NCBI GenBank assembly: GCA_002269645.1 | Contig: NIVC01002707.1 | Coordinates: 62,001-126,000, forward strand | Direction: 5' to 3' | From: Macrostomum lignano | Lineage: Eukaryota | Length of the DNA: 64,000 nt | Part shown: positions 24,022 through 36,969 of the stretch, in pieces | How the letters are laid out: every line of letters begins with the position of its first letter | Numbering within the stretch: position 1 is the stretch's first letter | Program-made: the position numbers and the translations under genes | Notes under the pieces: generated by a model | Database searches by the model: none | What the model was told of the DNA's origin: nothing | Seen by the model: the letters and a program-made list of their open reading frames with translations, nothing else

Positions 24022-27000
24022 TCAGCCCAGCTTCAGCAGCGGTTCATCTCCGCCAGGTGACTCGCTGCTGTTGGCGACCGCAGACACAGCGGCAGAGGCG
24101 GCGGGGGCGGCGGCAGCGGCGGGAGCGGCGGCGTCCCACGCGGCGAACGGCGCCTGAGGCGAGTCGCGGAACTCCCTGATGCCGGATCGGGGCTCGTCAG
24201 CGTCGTCCTCATCGTCCTCGTCCTCGTGCAGCGGAGTGGTGCTCTCGTATTGGAAGCTGTTCTTGTTCAGGTCCATCTCGATTGGGAAGATTCTGCAGCC
24301 CTTCATCACTTCGCAGCAGTCATTGTGGTACTTGCTCATGGCCTGGACCAGGCACTGCAACTGGGACACCGTGTCCTGCACTGCATGGGCGAGGGCGACG
24401 GCTATTGCGCGATGAACTGTAGATGTACTTTTAATAGTGAGACTTGATCATTTGATAGATTTGATAATTAATGAGAGAGATTGCAAATTTGACATTGAAT
24501 GAATGAGATTCGATAGTGGGTGGGTGAGATTTTATATTGGGTGGGTGAGATTTAATATTGGGTGGGTGAAATTTGATATTGGGTGGATGTGATTTAATAT
24601 TGGGTGGGTGAAATTTGATATTGGGTGTATGTGATTTAATATTGGGTGGGTGAAATTTGATATTGGGTGGGTGAAATTTGATATTGGGTGTAAGAGATTT
24701 AATATTGGGTGGGTGAGATTTAATATTGGGTGGGTGAGATTTCATATTGGGTGGGTGAGATTTCATATTGGGTGTATGTGATTTTATATTGGGTGGGTGA
24801 GATTTAATATTGGGTGGGTGAGATTTAATATTGGGTGGGTGAAATTTGATATTGGGTGGGTGAAATTTGATATTGGGTGTATGAGATTTAATATTGGGTG
24901 GGTGAGATTTGATATTGGACGGATGAGATTCGATAGTGGGTGGGTGAGATTTGATATTGGGTGGGTGAGATTTGATATTGGGTGTATGTGATTTAATATT
25001 GGGTGGGTGAGATTTAATATTGGGTGGGTGAGATTTCATATTGGGTGGGTGAGATTTCATATTGGGTGGGTGAGATTGAAAATCAGTGGGTGAGATTTGA
25101 TACTGGGTGTAAGAGATTTGATATTCGGTGGGTGAGATTTGATATCGGATGATGAGATTTGATATTGGGTGTATGTAATTTAATATTGGGTGGGTGAGAT
25201 TTCATATTGGGTGGGTGAGATTTCATATTGGGTGGGTGAGATTTCATATTGGGTGGGTGAGATTTCATATTGGGTGGATGAGATTGAAAATCAGTAGGTG
25301 AGATTTGTACTGGGTGTAAGAGATTTGATATTGGGTGGGTGAGATTTGATATCGGATGATGAGATTTGACATTGGGGGTGAGATTTGATCGAAATTAAAG
25401 AAGTCAGAATTGGAAGTCGCCGCTCACCGTGCTTGTTGTCCAGCAGCTCGATCTTCACCAGCACATCATTGCGCATCTTGGCAAACCGGCTTCTGGCTTC
25501 CTGACGGCAGCGGAGGATCAGCCTGAGCAGGGAATACAGTGGGATGTGGGATCTTATTAAGTACTATAATAGCTATTCCGAGACTCATAACAGCCTCACC
25601 TGTACTCATAACAGCCTCACCTGTACTCATAACAGCCTCACCTGTACTCATAACAGCCTCACCTGTACTCACAACAGCCTCACCTGTACTCATAACAGCC
25701 TCACCTGTACTCATAACAGCCTCACCTGTACTCATAACAGCCTCACCTGTACTCATAACAGCCTCACCTGTACTCATAACAGCCTCACCTGTACTCATAA
25801 CAGCCTCACCTGTACTCATAACAGCCTCACCTGTACTCACAACAGCCTCACCTGTAATCACAACAGCCTCACCTGTACTCACAACAGCCTCACCTGTACT
25901 CATAACAGCTTCACCTGTACTCATAACAGCCTCACCTGTACTCATAACAGCCTCACCTGTACTCATAACAGCCTCACCTGTACTCATAACAGCCTCACCT
26001 GTACTCACAACAGCCTCACCTGTACTCACAACAGCCTCACCTGTACTCACAACAGCCTCACCTGTACTCATAACAGCTTCACCTGTACTCATAACAGCCT
26101 CACCTGTACTCATAACAGCCTCACCTGTACTCACAACAGCCTCACCTGTACTCATAACAGCCTCACCTGTACTCACAACAGCCTCACCTGTACTCACAAC
26201 AGCCTCACCTGTACTCACAACAGCCTCACCTGTACTCATAACAGCTTCACCTGTACTCATAACAGCCTCACCTGTACTCATAACAGCCTCACCTGTACTC
26301 ATAACAGCCTCACCTGTACTCATAACAGCCTCACCTGTACTCATAACAGCCTCACCTGTACTCATAACAGCCTCACCTGTACTCACAACAGCCTCACCTG
26401 TACTCATAATTCCCGGTCTCCACCCGATAAAGCGGCTCCTGAAGCGCGGCAAAGCTGTACTCTTCATCATCCATCTCTTTCACTTTGAGACAGTAGGACT
26501 GCAATTTTGAGGTGTGAAGTTTTCAAACATCAAATTCCGTATCATTTATTAGTTGCATCGAAAAAAATATTCGAACAAACAACTCACCAAATATTCGAAT
26601 TTGCAATCCAGATATTTCTTTACAGTCAGTCGAGTGTCTGGCACCACTTTAGTCAGGAATGTGTTCATATCGCTGATCATCTGTTGCGAGAATTGGAGGG
26701 ATTTGAAGAGGATCAATGAGATTGGGATTTGAGTAGTTAGACTAGAATTTGAGCAATGAGATTGGGATTTGAGTAATGAGATTGGGATTTGAGTCATGAG
26801 ATTTCGGATTTGAGTCATGAGATTAGGGATTTGAGTAATGAGATTTTATGATTTGAGTAATGAGATTTCGGATTTGAGTCATGAGATTAGGGATTTGAGT
26901 AATGAGATTTTATGATTTGAGTAATGAGATTTCGGATTTGAGTAATGAGATTTGGGATTTGAGTAATGAGATTTGGGATTTGAGTAATGAGATTTCGTAT

Positions 27001-30000
27001 TTAAGTAATGATATTGGGATTTGAGTTCTAAATAAGCCATCATAATAGGAGCCTCCAATCGCTTATAAAACATACTCCCAGCCATACAGGACTGCGGGCC
27101 TCACAAAACTGGTACTAAATAATAATGACTGACGCGGGAATTACCGGTAAGTGGGCCAAAGACAAACTGAGTTTTATTTCTACAGCAAACAATCTGGCAG
27201 GGCAGAGGCGTTAGCTTAGCTTATAAAAACCCCGGTTTGCCTGTTCTGCAAACAAAAATGTTCCGTGGATCCAGAAAGATATAGCAGCAGCAGCACCCAC
27301 CGGCTTCACAGTCTTCAAGCACTCGATGGCCGCCTGCTCCATCCTGCGGTGAGTCCCGCCAAACTGGGTGAACGCCTCCGAGGCCCGAGGCTGCGGCTCC
27401 TTCACCCCGATCTCAGACAGAATCTCGCCGAACACCCGCTGCACCTGGCTGAGCCGATAAAAAGCCTTAATTAAGGACTTAGTCTGGTTCATCAGGCCGA
27501 AGAACATCCCGGCTGTCCGGTTCATCTCGTCCAGCTTCTTCAGTAGGCCGTCTGGAGCAGGGATTTGGGAAACTTAGAAGAGTTAAGACTAGCTTTCATT
27601 AATAATATTCATATTCATATTTTACCAGAGACCGGCACAACACGAGACAATTATTGATAGCAGGATTATAGCTAAATGAAATCGATATCTATTTGAAACA
27701 ACTGCAACCCGAATCTACGATATTCCATATGCTATTTCATAAAATGGTAATGTCACCAACCTCGAAATGTCATAAGCTGGAAATCTCATAGAACGGAAAT
27801 CTCACTAGATGGAAATCCCACAAGCTGGAAATCTCACTAGCTGGAAATCCCACTAGATGGAAATCTCACAAGCTGGAAATCTCACAAGCTGGAAATCTCA
27901 CTAGCTGGAAATCCCACTAGATGGAAATCTCACAAGCTGTAAATCTCACTAGATGGAAATCTCACTAGCTGGAAATCCCACTAGATGGAAATCTCAAAAG
28001 CTGGAAATCTCACAAGCTGGAATTCTCATAGAATGGAAATCTCACTAGATAGAAATCTCACAAGCTGGAAATCTCACAAGCTGGAAATCTCACAAGCTGG
28101 AAATCTCACAAGCTGGAAATCTAACAAGCTGGAAATCCCACTAGATGGAAATCTCAAAAGCTGGAAATCTCACTAGATGGAAATCCCACTAGCTGGAAAT
28201 CCCACTAGATGGAAATCTCACTAGCTGGAAATCTCACAAGCTGGAAATCCCACTAGATGGAAATCTCACAATCTAGAAATCTCACAAGCTGGAATTCTCA
28301 TAGAATGGAAATCTCACTAGATAGAAATCTCACAAGCTGGAAATCTCACAATCTGGAAATCTCACTAGATGGAAATCTCACAAGCTGGAAATCTAACAAG
28401 CTGGAAATCTAACAAGCTGGAAATCCCACTAGATGGAAATCTCAAAAGCTGGAAATCTCACTAGATAGAAATCTCACAAGCTGGAAATCTCACTAGATGG
28501 AAATCCCACTAGATGGAAATCTCACTAGCTGGAAATCCCACTAGATGGAAATCTCACAAGCTGGAAATCTCACAAACTGGAAATCCCACTAGATGGAAAT
28601 CTCAAAAACTGGAAATCTCACTAGATAGAAATATCACAAGCTGGAAATCTCACAATCTGGAAATCTCACTAGATGGAAATCTCACAAGCTGGAAATCTAA
28701 CAAGCTGGAAATCCCACTAGATGGAAATCTCAAAAGCTGGAAATCTCACTAGATAGAAATCTCACAAGCTGGAAATCTCACTAGATGGAAATCCCACTAG
28801 ATGGAAATCTCACTAGCTGGAAATCCCACTAGATGGAAATCTCACAAGCTGGAAATCTCACAAGCTGGAAATCCCACAAGCTGGAAATCCCACAAGCTGG
28901 AAATCCCACTAGATGGAAATCTCACAATCTGGAAATCTCACAAGCTGGAATTCTCATAGAATGGAAATCTCACTAGATAGAAATCTCACAAGCTGGAAAT
29001 CTCACAAGCTGGAAATCTTACAAGCTGGAAATCTCATAGAATGGAAATCTCACTAGATGGAAATCCCACTAGATGGAAATCTCACAAGCTGGAACTCTCA
29101 CAAGCTAAAAATCTGTATACTGCAGCTAACACCCATGTATATTGTTATCTAGAAATGTAGTGAAATTTCTGCAAATTTCTGTTAGTCATTTGTTGTCTAT
29201 CTAAACCAAATGATTAGGTTTCATTATTTGAACGAATTTCATATCCGGTTGTAAAAGTCACAATCTGATTGTGTTGCTGAGATGCCAAGCGTCAAAGGGT
29301 TAATGAAGCCATGGTTTAAAGGGAGGCTCAAAGATGGAAATCTCACAAGCTGGTAATCTCACAAGATGGAAACCTCACTAGATAGAAATCTCACAAGATG
29401 GAAATCTCACAAGCTGGAAATCTCAAACTCGAAATCTCATAAACGGGAAATCTTATAGACTGAAAATCTCACAAATTGGAAATCGTACAAGCAGGAAATC
29501 TCATGAGCTGGAAATCTCATTAGAAATTTCACAAGCTGGAAAACTCACAAGCTGGAAATCTCATAAGCTGGAAATCTCACAAACTGAAAATCTCAAAAGT
29601 AGGAAATCTCATAAATGGGAAATCTCATAAACGGGAAATCTCAAAAACTGGAAACCTGAAGACCTCATGCCGAAATCACAATCAAAACAACATCATAATT
29701 ATTTAGCAAAATCCACAACAACAAAGGAAAATAACACAGAGAAGACCAGACTGCCTTCGTGAAGCAAACTCTCATTGCAGTCCGATATCTTCCAGGACCA
29801 CGGCGTGGTTGGCGCTTATTCTACTCGTAGTAGAAGGGGGCATCGATTGCGCTAAATTAAAATTTACGAGCTGCAGTCAGAACAGCGTGGACCATGGGGG
29901 CGTCTGCCAGCGAGCGATTGACGGAATCACCGACAGCACATTCAGCCGAGGCAGCTGCACCCACACCCAGAGGAGAGCTTTCGGGGGCTGGTGGACCGGC

Positions 30001-33000
30001 TTCTTTGCGGCAAGTATTTGCGGGAATTGGGGGAAATACGGAGCCAGCGTTCACGGGAATTTGGAGCTAGCGTTCACGGAAATACGGAGCTAGCGTTCAC
30101 GGGAATTTGGAGCTAGCGTTCACGGAAATCCGGAGCTAGCGTTCACGGGAATTTGGAGCTAGCGTTCACGGAAATCCGGAGCTAGCGTTCACGGGAATTT
30201 GGAGCTAGCGTTCACGGAAATCCGGAGCTAGCGTTCACGGGAATTTGGAGCTAGCGTTCACGGAAATTTGGAGCTAGCTTTCATGGGAATTTGGAGCCAG
30301 CGTTCACGGGAATCCGGAGCTAGCGTTCACGGGAAGTTGGAGCTAGCGTTCATAGAAATTTGGAGCTAGCGTTCACGGAAATTTGGAGCTAGCTTTCATG
30401 GGAATTTGGAGCTAGCGTTCACGGAAATTTGGAGCTAGCGTTCACGGAAATTTGGAGCTAGCTTTCACGGGAATTTGGAGCTAGCGTTCACGGAAATTTG
30501 GAGCTAGCTTTCATGGGAATTTGGAGCCAGCGTTCACGGGAATTTGAGCTAGCGTTCACGGAAATCCGGAGCTAGCGTTCACGGAAATTTGGAGCTAGCT
30601 TTCATGGGAATTTGGAGCCAGCGTTCACGGGAATTTGAGCTAGCGTTCACGGAAATCCGGAGCTAGCGTTCACAGAAATTTGGAGCTAGCTTTCATGGGA
30701 ATTTGGAGCTAGCGTTCACGGAAATTTGGAGCTAGCTTTCATGGGAATTTGGAGCTAGCGTTCACGGAAATTTGGAGCTAGCTTTCATGGGAATTTGGAG
30801 CTAGCGTTCACGGAAATTTGGAGCTAGCTTTCATGGGAATTTGGAGCTAGCGTTCACGGAAATTTGGAGCTAGCTTTCATGGGAATTTGGAGCTAGCGTT
30901 CACGGGAATTTGGAGCTAGCTTTCATGGGAATTTGGAGCTAGCGTTCACGGGAATTTGGAGCTAGCGTTCATAGAAATTTGGAGCTAGCGTTCATAGAAA
31001 TTTGGAGCTAGAATTCATGGGAATTTGAGGCTACTATTCACAAGACTTTGAAGCTACTATTCACAGGAATTTAAAGCTACTATTCACAAGACTTTGAAGC
31101 TCTATTCACAAGAATTTAAAGTTACTTTTCATAAGACTTTGAAGCTACTATTCACAAGACTTTGAAGCTACTATTCACAAGACTTTGAAGCTACTATTCA
31201 TAAGACTTTAAAGCTACTATTCACCAGACTTTGGAGCTACTATTCACAAGACTTTGGAGTTACTATTCACAAGACTTAGGAGTTACTATTCACAAGACTT
31301 AGGAGTTACTATTCACATGACTTTGGAGCTACTATTCACAAGTAGCAACGGATCGGTATATGTGATTCACAAGACTTTAGAGCTCACGGGCATTGGAAGC
31401 TAGAGTTCATGGAAACTCTCGGATAACTCGCAGCATTGGAGTAACAACAAAGATCATTCTATACACCCAACTCGAACAGGGAGAGGTCAGCGTGGCCAAT
31501 GTGACCGTATGGAACAGGCAGGACTGCTGCCCAGACAGACTGGACGATTTTGACCTGTCAATCGGCGGCTCCGTGTGCCAGCACTCAGCCTCCCTGGCCA
31601 GCAAGGCTTGGGCTACGCTGGACTGCCGGGGACTGCGAGGCAACAGCGTTACCATAGCAACTAAACTAAAGGAGGCGTTGACGCTATGCGAAGTGGAAGT
31701 CTACGGCGAATATTCAGGTGAAAATGTTGAGCAGACTGCGGCGCGAGAGTGAAGCAAGTACCATTCAATCACACGAAAGTAGGCATTCACTACACAAGGA
31801 CAACAGGTACTTTGACAGAGAAAAGGCAATTTTCGAAGGTAAAAGTAATCGGTAAGTTTTAAATTTCAGTCAATATTCTTTTCTCAATATATCCAAACTA
31901 TCCTACTATAAGTAGCGGAGAAGAAAAACTAAGCGCTATATTTTGTGTGTACAACAAATAAAAAGAAAAGTGCACAACAGTCAGGTCAAACCGTTGCACA
32001 GAATGGCCCGGCTAAGGCCCAGAGCGTCAGCCGTGTCGTTGGACATGTTCTCAACAACCTTGTGCTTCACTTTCTTCAGTACTATAATTATATACGGTTT
32101 GCATGGCGAAGCGGGTTATGCTATTATTTAGCAACTATCCAGAGAAACTACATCTAGCATGTAAATGTACTTTTACACCGCGCACCGAAACCCGTCCTGT
32201 GCCAGCAGCCCAGTGCGCAATCAAACAAAAATATACAAGTTATGATTTACCACCAAAAACATTTCAGTCAAGCCCTAGAAAAAAACGATTGAAAAAGGGA
32301 CAAAGATTCGAGAAATGAATAGAAAATTGGAATTGAAATTTGAAAATATTTTATGGTCAGGTTAGAAATCTTACCGTTGACCAGCACGGCTCTGGAGAGG
32401 CCGAGGCCGTCCGCGGTCGAGCTGGACATTGTATCCACTACCCTGTGCTTCGCCTTCTTAAGGACTTTAATAGTTTTCAAGGGTGCGCCAAGAGTGACAT
32501 GTACAACGGCAACTTAAATGCTTGAACATTAATAAATTAATTACATAAATTTGTAACGCCTAAAAAGCAGAAGGGCGATTTTAAAAATAGATGTGACATG
32601 AAGCCAAAAGAATGAAATCGTTAATGTTGTGGCTGTGGTTTCCCTGATGAATTTTAAGAGGGAAAAATAGTAGAGGGTAGGGAAGACAGGGGTAGGAGAG
32701 GGGTAGGAGAGGGTACGAGAGGGGTAGGAGAGGGTAGGAGAGGGGTAGGAGAGGGTACGAGAGGGGTAAGAGAGGGTAGGAGAGGGTAGGAGAGGGGTAG
32801 GAGAGGGTAGGAGAGGGGTAGGAGAGGGTAGGAGAGGGTAGGAGAAGGGTAGGAGAGGGTAGGAGAGGGGTAGGAGAGGGGTAGGATTGGGGTATGAGAG
32901 GGTAGGAGAGGGTAGGAGAAGGGTAGGAGAGGGTAGGAGAGGGGTAGGAGAGGGGTAGGATTGGGGTATGAGAGGGTAGGAGAGGGTAGGAGAGGGTAGG

Positions 33001-34635
33001 AGAGGGGTAGGAGAGGGGTAGGAGAGACAGGGGTAGGAGAGGGTTAGGAGAGACAGTGGTAGGAGAGAGGTAGGAGAGGGTAGGAGGGGGTACGAGGGGT
33101 AGGAGAGGGGTAGGAGTGAGAGAATGCGGAAGGCAGGTATCATGAATATTAATTCAAAACCTAAATTAAAGAATCCGGTATCAAGTGATTCAACACAAAA
33201 TGCAATGTTATCGGAGTTGCCATGTTCATGTCGATTATTAGGCTGCACTGCAAAAATACTTCAACGGAAGATAAAAATAGCATACCGTAATAAATGAAAT
33301 AGGCTATTAATAACAATAATTCTCAATAAATGCCGTTAAAATATTTTCCCACTTACTGATATCCAAACTCTTGCCCTGCTTTGGATCGGCATGCAAGCAG
33401 TTGTAACCGATGGTGACCGCGCCCTGCAATGCCGGGTGCGGGCTCAAGTATGTGTACAGCGGCAGCTGTCACCCCAACATCAGCAGCAGCTGTCACCCCA
33501 ACATCAGCAGCTGTCACCCCAACATCAGCAGCAGCTGTCACCCAAACATCAGCAGCAGCATTCGTCACCCCAACATCAGCAGCATTCCTCACCCCAACAT
33601 CAGCAGCATTCGTCACCCCAACATCAGCAGCAACTGTCACCCCAACATCAGCAGCATTCGTCACCCCAACATCAGCAGCATTCGTCACCCCAACATCAGC
33701 AGCATTCGTCACCCCAACATCAGCAGCATTCGTCACCCCAACATCAGCAGCAGCTGTCACCCCAACATCAGCAGCATTCGTCACCCCAACATCAGCAGCA
33801 ACTGTCACCCCAACATCAGCACCAGCTGTCACCCCAACATCAGCAGCAGCTGTCACCCCAACATCAGCAGCATTCGTCACCCCAACATCAGCAGCATTCG
33901 TCACCCCAACATCAGCAGCAGCTGATCAGCCCCAATAAACCTCAGTTCAGGCAACACACCTTGAAGCTCTGAATGAGCCGCGCCACCTCCACTTTGCTCT
34001 TGGACTTGACGCTCTGCCCATTGACGCTGACAATCTCATCGCCACTTTTCAGAGTGCCCTCTTTGGCTGCCGGGGTATTGTCAAAGATCTGCACCACATA
34101 CAGACATGGGCAGTATGGTGCCCCGCCGCCAATGCTAATGCCAATGAGGTTCTGCGGGTCTTTCTCTAGAGAAACCACGCCAGAGGTGACTCGCATGCCC
34201 CTGTTATAAATATAAATTTATATCTATTTTCAAATTTATAGAACTAAACACATGAATATAAATATTGAAAGTTAAAATTGCAATCAAAACTAGTCAAAAC
34301 ATTAAAAACTGTACATAAATGTTTTTATAGGGTTAGGAAAGTATTTTGATTATTAAATATTATTATCAATTTTGGTTTTATTACTAATAAACTATTAAAG
34401 AACATTTCATATTTTAGATATTACAATGGCTAAATTTTGTTAGAAAATTCATATATTAGAATCATAAAATAAGAGCAATAATGGCTGTATTAAATATAAA
34501 AATAGTTATGCCTCTATAACATCATACTTACCTTGTATCATGAGGCATGCTCACAAGTTCATTAGGACCAGTTGGATCATCACAAAATGTGCTTAATGGC
34601 ATATAAAAACCCTTGGAAGCATCACCTTTTTCCAT
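24022..34635 (-). CDS. PICK1: PICK1 (PDZ + BAR/arfaptin-homology), ~466 aa; exons 34532-34635, 33960-34200, 33357-33423, 32375-32464, 27301-27551, 26588-26680, 26398-26498, 25428-25522, 24022-24380
   Basis: NLIGISIGGGAPYCPCLYVVQ (PDZ), ADPKQGKSLDI, MSSSTADGLGLSRA, IGVKEPQPRASEAF, PDTRLTVKKYLDCKFEYL, KVKEMDDEE, YRVETGNYEYRLILRCRQ, IFPIEMDL plus acidic tail. All eight introns are GT-AG with matching phases; total 1401 nt. The first exon is the least certain. Confidence 0.95.
24490..25390. repeat. Minisatellite, 21-bp unit, filling PICK1 intron 8
   Basis: GGGTGGGTGAGATTTAATATT repeated. Confidence 0.95.
25583..26408 (-). repeat. 21-bp array made of the PICK1 exon-7/intron-7 junction (~39 copies)
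   Basis: Sense-strand unit ATGAGTACAG|GTGAGGCTGTT. The first copy overlaps the real exon end (26398). Confidence 0.95.
26715..27025. repeat. Minisatellite, 20-21-bp unit, in PICK1 intron 5
   Basis: GATTTGAGTAATGAGATT(T)GG repeated. Confidence 0.9.
27770..29655. repeat. Minisatellite, 16-bp unit with higher-order duplication, in PICK1 intron 4
   Basis: GCTGGAAATCTCACAA / GATGGAAATCCCACTA units; interrupted at ~29110-29330. Confidence 0.92.
29796..31752 (+). CDS. F-type lectin (fucolectin/FTP domain) gene nested antisense in PICK1 intron 4; exons ~29796-30009 and 31480-31717/31752
   Basis: Exon A: hydrophobic AWLALILLVV, then SQNS...RAIDG.....F.RGSCTHT....WW. Exon B: VANVTVWNRQDCCPDRL...LTLCEVEVY. 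Together they give the His...R-x-D-x4-R fucose-binding motif. An in-frame join needs a GC donor (GCG|GCAAGT at 30010) and the AG at 31478-31479. Start codon and 3' end not resolved. Confidence 0.78.
30040..31385. repeat. Minisatellite, 23-bp unit, filling the F-type lectin intron
   Basis: GGAGCTAGCGTTCACGGAAATTT grading into GAAGCTACTATTCACAAGACTTT after ~31020. Confidence 0.93.
32685..33120. repeat. Purine-rich 10-11-bp repeat in PICK1 intron 3
   Basis: GGAGAGGG(G)TA repeated. Confidence 0.9.
33460..33925. repeat. Minisatellite, 24-bp unit, filling PICK1 intron 2
   Basis: CAGCAGCATTCGTCACCCCAACAT repeated. Confidence 0.93.
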
Positions 34636-36969
34636 TATGATTTAGCTAGGAAAAATAATTTAACAGATATTTTGTAAAGTAAATATATAACAAATGGTAA
34701 GAAAAAAATATATACAATATATATTGTCATATTGAGATAGCAGGTTTTAAAAAATATTAATGCATAAATTCATACTAGTATAAACATATATAAAATAAAT
34801 TACATTCAAAGAGTAAGACTTTTAGAAAAGCCTAAAATATAGACATTTATAAGAATTATTAAGCATGCCATTAGCCAATTGATAGCATTTTTATACACTT
34901 TTAAATCTCTTTTCTCTTTCTCTTCTATATCTATTTGAGAAAAACGAATGAATCTGTTTAAATGTTGCAATTGCATACTTTATTTCAAAGTGTCTTATCT
35001 TATATTCTAAAACAGTTTAAATTGGATATAGATTTAGGATTGGGATTGAAGCCTGTAAATACAAACAAACATTAAAAATTGCAATTGCCTACTTTAAAAT
35101 TGTTTCTGACCCTTTTTGAGTCTTTGACTCCATTATCCACCCTCCTCTCCACTTTTTGTGCCATTGCACTTGCTGTTTAACTCTTAGGCTTACAAAAGTA
35201 GAAAAGTACGAAGTGAAACGATAATTCTGCATGTGAATGATACTTAATTTTATAATTTTGAAATAACTCTATAATTTCGCTATGATTCAGATAACAGAAT
35301 ACAAAAATCTGTAAGCATTATACTAACAGTAAATTATTGTTTACAAATATTAAACTTACATTTTATCTTCTTCAATAGGATAACCATACTCATCATACAT
35401 TGTTTAATTTTTATTAAGATAACAAAGAACGGCAAATAACTAAATAATTTTAAACTGTTACAGTTGGATTGGATCTGGGCGGCTAGGCCACTAAGTATAA
35501 TTTTGCCACGAAAACTATTTACCATGGTTCTTGGAAAAGCAAATACTTAAACTTTTTCTTCTTGTCATATCTTAACAAAAATTTTATGAGAACATCAGAA
35601 AATTAGGTTTTTCTTAAATATATACTTAAAATATATTTATTTTCCAGCACAGAAGTTAAAAAATTGAGAAACAACGTCTTTCTTCCAATATACTAAAAAT
35701 GAGTTGTCTGTATGTATGTGGGTAGGTATGCGATAGATTTCAGAAAAAATGGCTCAACCGATTTTCTTCCAACTTGCACCATTCGATCAGAAATTTTCCT
35801 GGGACGGTACATGCATCTTGGCTAAGAAATTGCTCAATTTTAAAGGGATTAAATATTCGAAAAACATGCTTTTTTGCAAAGGTCAAGCAGCTCTTTCGAC
35901 CTGAAATGCATTGTAAAAATGCTAGAGAAAAAACTGACTGACTGAATTCTGATTGTGATAAAGATTGCATAACAGCTGAATTGTACCTCCGCCTTGAATT
36001 GCGTCACAGTGTTGAAAACACTGTGTAGAAGCATATTACGAGACTTGATTTAGACTGCGTAACCATACTGACCGATTGAAAAATTGATTATGTCATAACT
36101 GCTTCGTGCTCATCTTATAGTGTAATTTTTGTTAAACATAAAAGAAGCGTCATGAAAAACCTAAAAAATGCTAGCGTCGAGGCTTACTAATTCAGAACCA
36201 CAAGTGTCATAAAAATCGTAAAAGAAGTGTCATTTTAAGCATGAAAAGTTCCTGTAAAGCATAGAAGAAGCGCGAATATTCGAATAACACACATGCCTTT
36301 CTGCAAGGGTCAAGCAGAACTTCCTACTGTGAGCCATTCTGATTGGAATTAAACTTTGCAGCGCCCAGTAAAGTAGTATTTTTTTGTCGCCAGGCTAGAG
36401 AACTATAAATGTAGACTGCGAGAAAAGATTGTACATTATAAAATCTTCCCGTGCACAATTGACAAACTAACTTTAAATGCTGGAGAGAGGGAGAGTGAGA
36501 GAGTGAAATACATGCACATATATACAGTATCTAATTGATTCACAATATACGAACCATGTTTGAGACTGACCCTCCAAAATGTAATAAAACCGTCTGATTA
36601 TAAAAAAGTCCAAAAGTGCCACAGAGATAGATGTACATTGGCTACTGAGGCTTGCGCCTCCTTCAGAAAATTTATCTGAATCCTTTCACATAGGAGAGTT
36701 AGAGTTAGGTGTTTGAGAGAGAGTATTGAATAATAAAAAGAGTCCTGACCAATTAGCAGGCGGGTATTGGAGAGAATTTAGGCTTGCTGTACACACTGAC
36801 AGTCTAACAGTGTACAAATGGTGTCCAGCTTTTTGGGATTGGGTGGTTGCTGAGTTTAAAACGCGTGACATTATAGACTTCATACCTTTCTCTTTTCTCG
36901 CACACAACCCCTACTATCCTTTCTTTTCATTATCACTCAAAATTCTTATCTTTCAATTTGAATTCCAAT

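Noticed and set aside
16950-31385. Regular 21-31-bp repeats resembling CRISPR arrays
   Set aside because: Units are head to tail with no unique spacers, there are no cas genes, and the context is eukaryotic.
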